The notes under the pieces: generated by a model
Databases searched by the model: none
Told to the model about the DNA's origin: nothing
The model's input: only the letters and a program-made list of their open reading frames with translations
Position numbers and translations under genes: made by a program
DNA from: Nitrospirota bacterium
GTDB lineage: Bacteria > Nitrospirota > UBA9217
Direction: 5' to 3'
Assembly: GCA_963741205.1 (NCBI GenBank)
Contig: CAVUHW010000034.1
Location: 1 to 64,000 of the forward strand
DNA length: 64,000 nucleotides
Part shown: positions 38,203 through 48,483 of the stretch, piece after piece
Layout of the letters: each line of letters opens with the position of its first letter
Position numbering within the stretch: the first letter of the stretch is position 1

Positions 38203-38766
38203 ATGCTAATGAAAGAAGCCCTGCTCGTGATGGATATGCTGAACGACTTCGTGCTTCAAGGGGCGCCGCTCGAAGTCCCGGAAACGCGAAAAATAATTCC
38301 GGTCGTCAAAAAAGAGATCGAAAAGGCCCATGCAGCCGGGAACGCGGTCATCTATGTCTGCGACGCCCATGCGCCGGATGACAAGGAATTCTCGAAATTC
38401 GGCTGGCCCGCCCATGCCGTGAAAGGCACACGAGGGGCCAAAGTCGTGGAAGAGCTCAAACCCGGGAACGAGGACATCGTCATCCTCAAGACGGCTTATT
38501 CGAGTTTTTTCGGCACGAACCTCGATGAGATCTTGAAACGGATCGGCGTCGATGCGCTTCGTCTGACCGGGACGGTGACTCATATCTGCGTGCTGTTCAC
38601 CGCCTCGGACGCGGTCCTTCGCGACTATTCCGTGACCGTCGTGGAAGACGGCGTTGCCGGCATCTCCCGGGAAGACCATGACGCCGCCCTCCGAATCATG
38701 AAGAATGTGTTGGGCGTGACAATCGTGAAATCGGGGACGCGAGAGACAGGCAGGAAGGCGGCGTAA
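38203..38766 (+). CDS. pncA: nicotinamidase/isochorismatase family cysteine hydrolase
   Basis: DMLNDF, D.H..D.EF..WP.H, K..YSSF, T.ICV; next to pncB. Confidence 0.8.
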   Translation: MLMKEALLVMDMLNDFVLQGAPLEVPETRKIIPVVKKEIEKAHAAGNAVIYVCDAHAPDDKEFSKFGWPAHAVKGTRGAKVVEELKPGNEDIVILKTAYSSFFGTNLDEILKRIGVDALRLTGTVTHICVLFTASDAVLRDYSVTVVEDGVAGISREDHDAALRIMKNVLGVTIVKSGTRETGRKAA

Positions 38767-38929
38767 TTAATGCGGAATGGGAATGCAGATCATCATAGCG
38801 CATTCCGCGAAAGCGAATCCAGAGTTCATGACTCTGTCCCCGACAGAGTCATTCGGGGACGATAAGTTTGATAACGAGCTGTTTCATTCCGCATTCGGCA
38901 ATCCGAAATCCGAATTTGAAAGGGGATCC

Positions 38930-40168
38930 ATGTTCCTTACCGCCGATCCAAAGGATATTCTCGAAGGTAAAATCACCGATGTCTACTTCGAACGTGCGCT
39001 GGCCATCCTGAAGGCGAAGAACGTCAACCCGTGGGTAAAGGCGGAGTTTATAGCCAAGAACCTGCCGAAGAACTGGCCGTGGGCTCTGTTGACCGGAGTC
39101 GGCGAAGCCATGGAACTCATGCAGCGCCTGCCGATTAAGGTCAGGGCCATGCGCGAGGGGACGGTATTCCATGCCTACGAGCCGGTGATGGAGATTGAGG
39201 GCAGATACCAGGATTTCATGGTGTATGAGACGGCAATCCTCGGGTTCCTTTGTCAGGCTTCGGGCGTTTCTACCCGGGCCGCGCGCATGAAAAAACTCGC
39301 GGGCGATCGTCTGGTCATGAGTTTCGGGGCGCGTCGGATGCACCCCATTCTGGCGCCCATGATCGAGCGGAACGCCTACGTGGGCGGGTGCGACGGCGTG
39401 GCCGTGGTCAAGTCCGGCGAGGTGATCGGCGAAGACCCCATGGGCACAATGCCGCACGCCCTTGTTCTGTGCATGGGCTCGACAATCGAGGCCATCAAGG
39501 CCTACGACGAGGTGCTCGATCCGCGGCTCAAGCGCGTGGCGCTGATCGACACGTTCCTGGACGAGAAGTTCGAGGTGCTGAACGTGGCAGAGGCCCTCGG
39601 AGACCGGCTGTATGCGGTCCGGTTCGACACGCCCGGTTCACGGCGCGGCAACTTCTTCCGCATCCTTGAGGAAGCGCGATGGGAGCTTGAACTGCGCGGG
39701 ATGGGTCACGTAAGATTTTTCGTAAGCGGAGGCATCGCCGAGGAAGATATCCCCGTTCTCAATCCCGTGGTCCACGGTTACGGAATCGGCGCCTCCATCA
39801 GCAATGCGCCGATTATTGATTTTGCCATGGACATCGTCGAGATAGACGGAAAAGCCGCGGCGAAGCGGGGCAAGTGGTCCGGGAGCAAGAGGGTTTTGGC
39901 TTGTGGACAGTGCGGTCAGCGGAGGATCGCTCCGAACGACGGACGTGAGATGAACGCATGCGCCTGCGGCGGCGTGTTCACCGACATTCTGGTCCCGGCG
40001 CTCGATACCGGGAAGCGGCTTAGCGAAGAGGATGCGCCGGCGCGAATACGCGACTATGTGATGAGTCAGGTGAAGGAGCTGGGGCTTGTAATTCGTCAAT
40101 GCTGGTCATTCTGCAGAACGCGACGTCATGTCCCGATACGAATTAATCGGGAATACCAGAGGTTCTAA
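38930..40168 (+). CDS. pncB: nicotinate phosphoribosyltransferase
   Basis: TDVYF, SFGARRMHP, GTMPHA, LIDTF, RFDTP, KRGK; true stop may be near 40090. Confidence 0.9.
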   Translation: MFLTADPKDILEGKITDVYFERALAILKAKNVNPWVKAEFIAKNLPKNWPWALLTGVGEAMELMQRLPIKVRAMREGTVFHAYEPVMEIEGRYQDFMVYETAILGFLCQASGVSTRAARMKKLAGDRLVMSFGARRMHPILAPMIERNAYVGGCDGVAVVKSGEVIGEDPMGTMPHALVLCMGSTIEAIKAYDEVLDPRLKRVALIDTFLDEKFEVLNVAEALGDRLYAVRFDTPGSRRGNFFRILEEARWELELRGMGHVRFFVSGGIAEEDIPVLNPVVHGYGIGASISNAPIIDFAMDIVEIDGKAAAKRGKWSGSKRVLACGQCGQRRIAPNDGREMNACACGGVFTDILVPALDTGKRLSEEDAPARIRDYVMSQVKELGLVIRQCWSFCRTRRHVPIRINREYQRF

Positions 40169-40234
40169 ATGACACTACGGGTCGCCCGAATAGACAGCGC
40201 ATTCAGGGACAACGAAAAAGAAAAGGAGTGAACC

Positions 40235-40684
40235 ATGCTGAGAAAACTATTTCTAACGGCTGACGACGCAGCACTTCTGGTGCTTCGCATTACGCTCGGG
40301 GTTGTATTTTTCCCGCACGGGATGCAGAAGCTGTTAGGCTGGTTCGGCGGGTACGGGTTCGCAGGCACGATGGATATGTTCACGACGAAACTCGCGATCC
40401 CGGCTTTATTTGCATTCCTTGCAATCATGGCCGAGGGGCTTGGCTCTCTTGGACTGATCACCGGGTTTCTGACCCGTGTCGCGGCCTTTGGTATTACCGT
40501 TAATATGGTCGTTGCCGTTTACCTGCTGCACTGGCAGAACGGGTTTTTTATGAACTGGTTCGGGAACCAGAAAGGCGAAGGTTTTGAGTATCACCTGCTG
40601 GTCATTGCGATCGGAATCGTGCTCATGATCAAAGGGGGAGGAAAGTGGTCCGTGGACAAGGGGCTGGGTGACGTTCTGCGGTAA
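40235..40684 (+). CDS. DoxX family membrane protein
   Basis: PHGMQKLLGWFGG..GEGFEYHLL. Confidence 0.9.
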   Translation: MLRKLFLTADDAALLVLRITLGVVFFPHGMQKLLGWFGGYGFAGTMDMFTTKLAIPALFAFLAIMAEGLGSLGLITGFLTRVAAFGITVNMVVAVYLLHWQNGFFMNWFGNQKGEGFEYHLLVIAIGIVLMIKGGGKWSVDKGLGDVLR

Positions 40685-40707
40685 CCTGGGCCGAGAGGAT
40701 GCAAGAT

Positions 40708-40744
40708 AAGCGGGGTCGTCGATTTAGACGGCCCCGTTTTTTTA
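40708..40744 (+). terminator. intrinsic terminator
   Basis: CGGGGTCGTC/GACGGCCCCG hairpin plus T run. Confidence 0.75.
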
Positions 40745-41048
40745 TTGCGCCAAGCGGAAAGCGTGGAGAAAAGATACCCGCGAATCCTTCTATTGCATTA
40801 TCATGCCGATCACAACAATAGGTAGCACTACCTATTTACTTTGAAAAAAAATTTCTTATAATAATAACGACAAATATAAAGTTCAGTGTTCACGGTTCTG
40901 GGGTTATAGGCAGCCGTCCAAAACTGTCGGCACATGAATAACGCATTCTAGAGGGCTCGCTATAAAACGTGAATAAAGAACCAATGGCCGCCATCTTTCA
41001 GCTTTCGTCCGCGGCTCCTGCGCAGCAAAAGGGAATGGTACATTAACG

Positions 41049-41420
41049 ATGACTTACAGTAAATCACGAAATCTTGCACGGCAAATCATAATAATCTATG
41101 TTTGCCTTGTAATCGGGACAAGCGCCGCGGGATGGTTATATTACAAAAACCAGGAGGAAGCCTACCGGCATGATAAACAGAATGACCTCTCCTCCATCGC
41201 TACGTTGAAAGTCAATGAAATATCGAGGTGGCGCAAGGAACGTCTGGACGACTCAATCGTCACCATGCAGAACACATTTATCATGAACGGCATCTCCCGG
41301 TGGCTCGCCGATCCCCGGCAATCAGAACTTAAACCGAAGCATCCACGACTGGCTGCTGTCTCTGAAGGACAACTACGATTACAAGGACATTATACTTCTC
41401 GCCCTAGGCTTTCAACTTAA
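41049..41420 (+). pseudogene. 5' fragment of a membrane sensor (Cache-like) protein
   Basis: TM helix and 'LSSIATLKVNEISRWRKERL' sensor start; no output domain follows. Confidence 0.55.
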
Positions 41421-41453
41421 ATACGAATGAAGGTAAAATAATGATTTCACCTA

Positions 41454-41481
41454 TTGACTACCTGCATTTACTTGATAAAAT
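41454..41481 (+). promoter_or_regulatory. sigma70-type promoter for the peroxidase operon
   Basis: TTGACT-16 bp-TAAAAT with extended TG. Confidence 0.45.
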
Positions 41482-41686
41482 TTCAATACGTGGGCGTTAC
41501 GCACAACATTGAATAACTTGAACGGTAGGCTTAAACGGTGTTGTTTTCAGCATCTATATAATTCAGATTAAATTTGGAAGGAGGGAAGCATGTTTTTGCA
41601 ACTTCATGAACTAAAAAAGCCACAATAATCGTCGGTCGAAAGCGAGAAATCAGAGATACTTTAGTCGCGAATAAAAGGAGGACATC

Positions 41687-44338
41687 ATGAAGCGAAAAAG
41701 ATTTATTAAGAAATTGAGAGCCGTATTACATTTGTCGGCGGTCATCACCGTTATCGTAAGCATCATGTTGCCGGGCGGCGCCGTGTGGGCGATAAATGCT
41801 GTTCAGCCGCTCAGCAAGGTCGAGAACCCCGTGTTGAGCGACCTCCCAGGAACACCGGGGAGAGTGGTTGTAACGGGAAGTGGATTAACCGCGGCGAATA
41901 CGCTTCCCCCCAATATGCACATTCCCGTGCAGCTTGCACCGTATATCAAGGACATGAACGCCGCCATCACGTTGGGGAAGGCCCTTTTCTGGGACATGCA
42001 GGTGGGAAGCGACGGGGCCACGGCCTGCGCCACGTGCCATCATAGGGCAGGCGTGGACCCGATCAAGCATGCGGAGGACGCGGACTCCATCAGGGACCAG
42101 AACGAGCTCAACCCGGGGTCTGACGGCAAATTCGATGCCGTGAGTCCGCTTACAAACGCCACGATTCTGGCTAATTCAAAATTGTCGCCGGGCGATTTCA
42201 ACTTCACCGCAGGCATTTGCGTCTCGGGCGGCGGAGGATGCACCCGCGTGCCTGCACCTGCCATTCCGAACGCATTTACGTTGATCCCTGGAACGACCGG
42301 ATTTGACGACGTCGTCGGATCTCAGGGCGTTGTCAAAATAGATATGGACACTGCACAGCCGAACGGCGGCATTGTAGTCGGCTCGCGTAAGGATGCGGGA
42401 AAGGCTCCGCTCACGCCGGAGGCGACGTTTGTTTCAGGCGGGGTAAACGTCCGCCAGGTGACGGGACGCAACACGCCGCCGACGATCAACGCGGTTTTCA
42501 ATTTTGACAACTTCTGGGACGGAAGGGCAAACCATATATTCAACGGCAATAACCCGATCGGCGCGATGGACACCGGCGCGGCCGGCATCTGGCGCACCGC
42601 GGGGATACTGGGACTGGATGCGACCCTGGTGAACGAGAAGGTCGCTATACCGAATGCCAGTCTCGCCTCACAGTCTGTTGGTCCGCCCCTGAGCTCGGTT
42701 GAGATGTCCTACAACGGCCGCAGCTTCCCCCAGCTCGGCAAGAAGATGCTCAATCTCACCCCGCTCGGGATCCAGACGGTGAGCCCCACTGACAGCGTGC
42801 TGGGACCGCTCTCGAATTTCGCCAGCGGCGGGCGGGGCCTCAATACGACGTACACCAAGATGATCCAGGCGGCGTTCGTTGATTCCCTGTGGAACTCGGG
42901 CCAGAGCACTCCGGCCGGGTACCCCAGATGGAGGCCAATTTCTCGCTCTTCTGGGGCCTGTCCATCATGTGTTACGAGGCCACGCTCGTGTCCGACCAGA
43001 CGCCGTTCGACAAGTTCCTGGGTAAGGCGGCTGCCGACCCGCTGCCTACGGTGGTCAGCGTCACGGGTTTCATCAGTGGGAACCCGGCTCCCGCTACCGG
43101 AAATGCCAATGCCGGTTTCGGCGAATTTAAGGGCAATTGCGATTCATGCCATTCCGACACCGAGATGACGACGGCATCGGTTTTCAATATCATGGGCAAT
43201 ATGTCGCTACGAACCGTCGTTATTAGTACCGCCGGCACAGCCACTGCTCCGGCTAAACCCGGCAAACAATCCCAACGGCGTCGACTGAATACGGCCTTCG
43301 CGAGAACAGCCGGCGCAACCGACACGGGTTTTGCCAATATCGGTGTAAGGTCTACCAATGAAGACGTGGGCAGGGGAGCGGCCTCACCCAACTTCCCGTT
43401 CCCGCTCTCACTGGCTGTGCAGGCATCGACAGGGAGTATCCCCCCTGCTATCGTGACACCGGCGGGAACCGTCCCGCAGTAGTCGCGGCGGGCGTTGCGT
43501 GAGACGACGTAATCCAGGTGAACGCTTCCTTTAAGGTCCCGAGTATCCGCAACATCGAACTGACCGGCCCCTACTTCCATAACGGCAGTGTCGATCGCCT
43601 GGGCGATGTGGTGGATCTCTACGCCACAGGCGGGTTCTTCCAAAACGCGGAACTGGCTACCCAGGTGAACGGCAAAATAGCCCCGAACAAGAACGATCTG
43701 GTGGCCTTCATGCTGCAGCTTACCGACCCGCGCGTAAAGGCTGAGACGGCGCCCTTCGACCATCCGGAGCTCATCATTCCGAACGGCGGACCGGAAGTGT
43801 CGGCATAACATGCTCAGGATTCGCGGCAAAGGACGCGGCCGGCGCCAAGGTCTCTTCCGCCCGCCGCCGTAACAGCGTGCTGCAACGGGTAACAGCACCA
43901 AGATGACCATAAGCGGCACGAAGGAAGCCGGCGCTGACGTGACCATCTCGATCAACGGCGGTCCTGCGATTACACCCGATACGGTTGGTGATACCACGTG
44001 GAGCGCCACGGTTACCGGGCTCAAGGCAGGTGCTAACACCATCGCCGTTACCGCAAACCCCATTGCGCCGCTTCCTACGGCGGTCTCGAATACGGCGAGT
44101 GCGGCCGTGAACGTGGCCTTCCCCAGCGGGGTTATATCAGGCGGAAGCTCGATCTCTGTTAATGACGCCCTCAAGTCGCTGAAGATCGCGCTCGGAATTG
44201 TTCAGCCGACAGACATCGACAAGGTGAATCGGGGACGTGGCGCCTCTAATCAACGGCCTGCCGGCTCCGGACGGCAAGTTGGACCTGGCTGACGTGGTCG
44301 TGACCTTGAGAAAAGCGGTTGGTTTGGAGAATTTCTAG
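41687..44338 (+). CDS. secreted di-heme cytochrome c peroxidase (bCcP/MauG superfamily) with Ig-like and C-terminal dockerin-like domains (frameshifted)
   Basis: LGKALFWD..GSDG..CATCH, RNTP, FWDGRA, CDSCH, FKVPSIRNIELTGPYFHNG, APFDHP; tail DAL..L..ALG..GDVAP..DGKLDLADVVVTLRKAVGL, TAG at 44336-44338. Confidence 0.85.
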
Positions 44339-44367
44339 GACTGACAGATTATAAAAAGGAGACTGCT

Positions 44368-44904
44368 ATGAAAAAAAGAATATTAATAGTACTGGGAATG
44401 TTTATGACACTGTGGGCACTGACGGCCTGCGGCCATAAAAGCAGTTCTACACCTGTAGAGACGCCGCCACCGCCTGCGGCCCCGACCAGCGGATCGGTTA
44501 AACTAAGCGCCACGGGCGCGGGATCGATCGGCGGGCTTGACTTGATGATCAACCTTCCCGCGGGGGTGACGGTGACAACTGCCGACCAAACCACGGGAGA
44601 GGTTGCGGCGGGCGTTGTTTCTGCGTCCGGTGTTGCTGCGGGCGCCAATACACTGGCTGATGCGAAATTCATCCCTGAAACCGCTACAACACCCGCACAA
44701 CTTCATATTGTGATGGTAAACCCGAGCGGCTTCGGCGAGGGCGAGGTCATCACGATCAAGTTCAACATTGCGCAGGACGCCACGTTCCCCACTGACAAGA
44801 GCGCGTTCTCCGCGACCGTCAACAGCGCCGTGGCCGCCGACAACAACAGCACCGCGCTCACAGGAGTCACTATTGCTGCGACTACAGTGGCGGCGGACAA
44901 ATAG
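44368..44904 (+). CDS. lipoprotein with putative cohesin-like beta-sandwich
   Basis: Lipobox LTAC, Pro-rich linker, 'IGGLDLMINLP' and 'GFGEGEVITIKF' cohesin-like strands. Confidence 0.65.
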   Translation: MKKRILIVLGMFMTLWALTACGHKSSSTPVETPPPPAAPTSGSVKLSATGAGSIGGLDLMINLPAGVTVTTADQTTGEVAAGVVSASGVAAGANTLADAKFIPETATTPAQLHIVMVNPSGFGEGEVITIKFNIAQDATFPTDKSAFSATVNSAVAADNNSTALTGVTIAATTVAADK

Positions 44905-44938
44905 GTAGAAAGTAACACGCGAATAAGCCTTCCACAGA

Positions 44939-44983
44939 GAAGCGATGGGCGGCGCCCAAGGACAATGCCCATCGCTTTCATTT
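44939..44983 (+). terminator. hairpin terminator after the peroxidase-lipoprotein pair
   Basis: GAAGCGATGGGC/GCCCATCGCTTTC. Confidence 0.6.
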
Positions 44984-45083
44984 GAGAAATTGAGGACATC
45001 TGAGGCCAAAGATCAGGCGGGGTCCCGCGCTGGGGAGAACTGTCCCGAGGCGTCGACTGAAGAGCGAGAGAGAAGGTAGCGAG

Positions 45084-45270
45084 ATGAACTGCTCTCATTT
45101 AATCGGAAAACAGATTCTTACTTGTACGGCAAGCGGCGGTGTTTATGTGCCGAGCATTTTTGAGCTCGAGCGGTACTGCCGCGACGAGAAGTTCAACGAG
45201 TGTCCGTTTCTTTATGAAGTGAATTTACGTGAAACTCATCCACTCTACAACTCAAACGGGAGAAAAACGA
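45084..45270 (+). CDS. small Cys-rich hypothetical protein
   Basis: MNCSHL..C..YVPSIFELERYC..ECPF; 3' end uncertain because the ORF runs into pgi. Confidence 0.5.
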
Positions 45271-46355
45271 TGACAAACGCGGGGAACAACAAAGACGCTG
45301 ACGTTGAAGGAGAGGCCGGCGTGGAAGGCGCTTGCGGGTCATCACCAGCAGATCCGCAAGGCGCATCTGCGGTCCCTTTTCGCCGGCGATGCGCGGCTGG
45401 GTGAGCGGCTTGCAGCGGAAGGCGCCGGCATATATCTCGATTACTCGAAGAACCGCGTAACGGATGATACGACCCGGCTTCTTGTCCGGCTCGCGGTCGA
45501 ATGCGGCCTCCGGGAGGGCATCGACGCCATGTTCAGAGGCAAACGGATCAACGTGACGGAGGACCGGGCCGTCCTGCATATCGCCCTGCGGGCGCCGAGG
45601 GGAGAGCGGATTATCGCAGACGGCGTCGATGTCGTGCCGGAGGTTCACGCAGTTTTAGACAGGATGGCGGCATTCTCCGAACAGGTTCGAAGAGGCCAGT
45701 GGCGGGGCCACAGCGGAAAACCCATCAAGAGCGTCGTGAACATCGGCATCGGAGGGTCCGATCTCGGCCCGGTCATGGCTTACGAGGCGCTGAAGCACTA
45801 CAGCAAGCGGGACATGACCTTCCGTTTCGTCTCGAACGTGGACGGGACGGACTTCGCGGAGGCTGTGCGCGACCTTGATCCGGAAGAGACGCTGTTCATC
45901 GTTTCCTCGAAGACCTTCACGACCATCGAGACGATGACCAACGCCCGCTCCGCGCGGGCGTGGACGCTGAATAAGCTGCGTTCCGAAGAGGCGATAGCCC
46001 GGCACTTCGTAGCGGTCTCGACCAACGCGGAAGAGGTTTCGAAGTTCGGGATCGATACGTCGAACATGTTCGGATTCTGGAACTGGGTCGGCGGCCGCTA
46101 CTCGATGGAATCCGCAATCGGGCTGTCAACCATGATCGCCATCGGACCCGAGAATTTCCACGCCATGCTCGCCGGCTTTCATGCGATGGATGAACACTTC
46201 CGCACCGCTCCGTTCGAGAGCAACCTGCCCGTTCTCATGGGGCTTCTCTCGGTCTGGAACAGTAATTTTTTCGGAGCGCAAACCACGGCGGTTTTGCCTT
46301 ACGACCAATACCTCAAGCGTTTTCCCGCCTATCTCCAGCAGCTGGCCATGGAGAG
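45270..46355 (+). pseudogene. pgi: glucose-6-phosphate isomerase, 3'-truncated
   Basis: [36 protein letters not shown]; homology ends at LQQLAMES with no NGK or C-terminal third. Confidence 0.85.
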
Positions 46356-47066
46356 CAGATCGTCGGAGATGAGATCCGGTTGCTCTTTGAAAGCGACCAG
46401 TCAGAGGACGAGATCATCTGCGACAAAGTCCTGGTTGCCATAGGACGGCGCGCCTGCGTTAAGGGGCTCGGCCTCGATGAAATCGGGGTGAAGATTGATG
46501 ACAAGACAGGACTGGTCCAGGTCGACGAATGTCTTCGCACCAATGTTCCCAACGTATACGCGATCGGCGATCTGACCCCCGGCCCCCAGGTGGCGCAGAA
46601 GGCCTTTTCGGAAGGAGTCGCTGTGGCAGAAACGATAGCGGGCATACCCACGTGCGTGGATCTTAACTTTATACCGACGGTGGTATATACTATACCCGAG
46701 GTGGCCTGTCTCGGATTGAATGAGGAAGAACTCAAGGCCCGCAACATGGATTACGTCATCGGAACCCATCCCTTTGCATTTACCGGACGCGCGCGCAGCT
46801 TGGGAATGACGGAAGGTCTGGCAAAGGTCCTCGTGGACCCGAAAACCGACGATATTCTGGGCATCCACATCATCGGTCCCAATGCCATAGATATGATCGG
46901 CGAATGTTCACTCTGCATGCAGCTTAAGGCAAAGTCGTCCGACTTCGCGAGAAGCCTCCACGGGCATCCCGCCTTTGCGGAAGCCCTGCATGAGGCCTTC
47001 GTATCAGTGCATCTGAAGAAAACAACGGTAGGCGCTGCCAAGGCGGGCGCAGGCGCCGCCGCTTAA
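46356..47066 (+). pseudogene. lpdA: 3' half of dihydrolipoamide dehydrogenase
   Basis: VLVAIGR, T..PNVYAIGD, YTIPEVA, ILGIHIIGP, H.HP..AE; FAD-binding and disulfide N-terminus absent. Confidence 0.8.
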
Positions 47067-47088
47067 AAAACGTTCAAGGAGGTTTATT

Positions 47089-48036
47089 ATGAAACTCGGA
47101 TATATCGGCTTGGGCAAGATGGGCTTCAATATGGCTGAACTGCTTCTGGAGAAAGGGCACAGGGTAGTAGCCTACAACAGGAGCCCTGACCCGGTGAAAA
47201 GACTCGCGGAACGGGGGGCAGAGCCGGCGGACTCGATAAGGTCGCTCGTGGCGGCCCTGGAGAAGCCGAGGATTGTTTGGATCATGGTCCCCCATCAGGT
47301 CGTCGACGACATGCTGAAGGAACTCTCGCCGCTGCTCGCAAAAGGCGACACGGTCATAGACGGGGGCAATTCTCCGTACAAGGAATCGATGCGCCGCGCC
47401 AGGGAACTGGAGGCAAAGGGGATCGACTTTCTCGACGCGGGGGTGAGCGGAGGGCCGCGAGGGGCGCGCAACGGCGCGTGCATCATGGTCGGAGGCAAAG
47501 AGAATGTATTCCGGAGGCACGAACAGCTTTTCCGGGACGCAACGGTTGCGCAAGGGTATGCCTACTTCGGCTCGGCCGGGGCCGGCCATTTCGTCAAGAT
47601 GGTCCACAACGGGATCGAATACGGCATGATGCAGGCCCTGGCCGAGGGCTTCGCGGTCATGAAGGCGTCGCCGTTCAATCTGGACCTCGCAAAAGTAGCC
47701 GACCTCTACAACCACCGCAGCGTGATCGAGTCGCGGCTCGTCGGCTGGCTCAAGGACGCCTATGAACAGTACAGCGCGGAACTTTCCGGCATCTCCGGCT
47801 CAGCCGCACAGAGCGGGGAAGGGCTGTGGACCGTGGAAGCGGCGAAGGAGTTCGGCGTACCCGCGCCGATCATCGAGGGCTCGCTGGAGTTTCGCCTCCA
47901 GTCGCAGAAAAATCCGAGCTATACGGGAAAGATCATCTCCGCCCTCCGGAACCAGTTCGGAGGACATGAGGCAAAGGAGAAGAAGGAACAAGCGCCGGGC
48001 GGAGAGGGACGCGGAAAAAAGGAGCGATCACCGTGA
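47089..48036 (+). CDS. gnd: 6-phosphogluconate dehydrogenase (decarboxylating, short type)
   Basis: GLGKMG, IDGGNS, DAGVSGG, KMVHNGIEYG, LRNQFGGH. Confidence 0.95.
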   Translation: MKLGYIGLGKMGFNMAELLLEKGHRVVAYNRSPDPVKRLAERGAEPADSIRSLVAALEKPRIVWIMVPHQVVDDMLKELSPLLAKGDTVIDGGNSPYKESMRRARELEAKGIDFLDAGVSGGPRGARNGACIMVGGKENVFRRHEQLFRDATVAQGYAYFGSAGAGHFVKMVHNGIEYGMMQALAEGFAVMKASPFNLDLAKVADLYNHRSVIESRLVGWLKDAYEQYSAELSGISGSAAQSGEGLWTVEAAKEFGVPAPIIEGSLEFRLQSQKNPSYTGKIISALRNQFGGHEAKEKKEQAPGGEGRGKKERSP

Positions 48037-48186
48037 AACTAAAAGACTTGAAAACGAGAATATTTCTCGACGGCGGAGACCCCGAAGAAACCAGGTCGCT
48101 CATGCGGTTTTTAGGTTTTCTCGACGGCCAGACCACGAATCAGACGCTGATAGCCAAAAACCCCGAGGCCCGTAAACGGCTTGAGG
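48033..48186 (+). pseudogene. tal: 5' fragment of transaldolase
   Basis: RIFLDGGDP..LDGQTTN.TLIAKNP; cut by an inverted-repeat element. Confidence 0.65.
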
Positions 48187-48322
48187 TTGATAAAGTCGTA
48201 AGAAGTCGTTTTCACCACGGAGTCACGGAGGGCACGAAGGAAAAGTCTTTTAATATCAATAACGAATTTCTCCGTGTCTCTGCGCCTCCGTGGTAGATTT
48301 TGACTTCTTACGAGACTATCAA
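48187..48322. mobile_element. MITE-like element with about 21-bp imperfect terminal inverted repeats
   Basis: TTGATAAAGTCGTAAGAAGTC ... GACTTCTTACGAGACTATCAA; internal CCACGGAG..CTCCGTGG palindrome. Confidence 0.6.
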
Positions 48323-48483
48323 GGTTCATCAAAATATTTGTGTTATCTGCGTAATCTGCGTTTATCCGCGTCCAACTGCCGTTTTCAGGACAACAGAATT
48401 TGGCTCATCAGGAGATGTATTCCGACGTCGATAGCGGTCGTCGTACGAGTCGGAGCAGGATCCTCGGGGGCCGGGGGTGCGTC

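Noticed and set aside
35663-40168. hpt-ade / pncA-pncB cluster as a novel system
   Set aside because: Standard purine and NAD salvage genes
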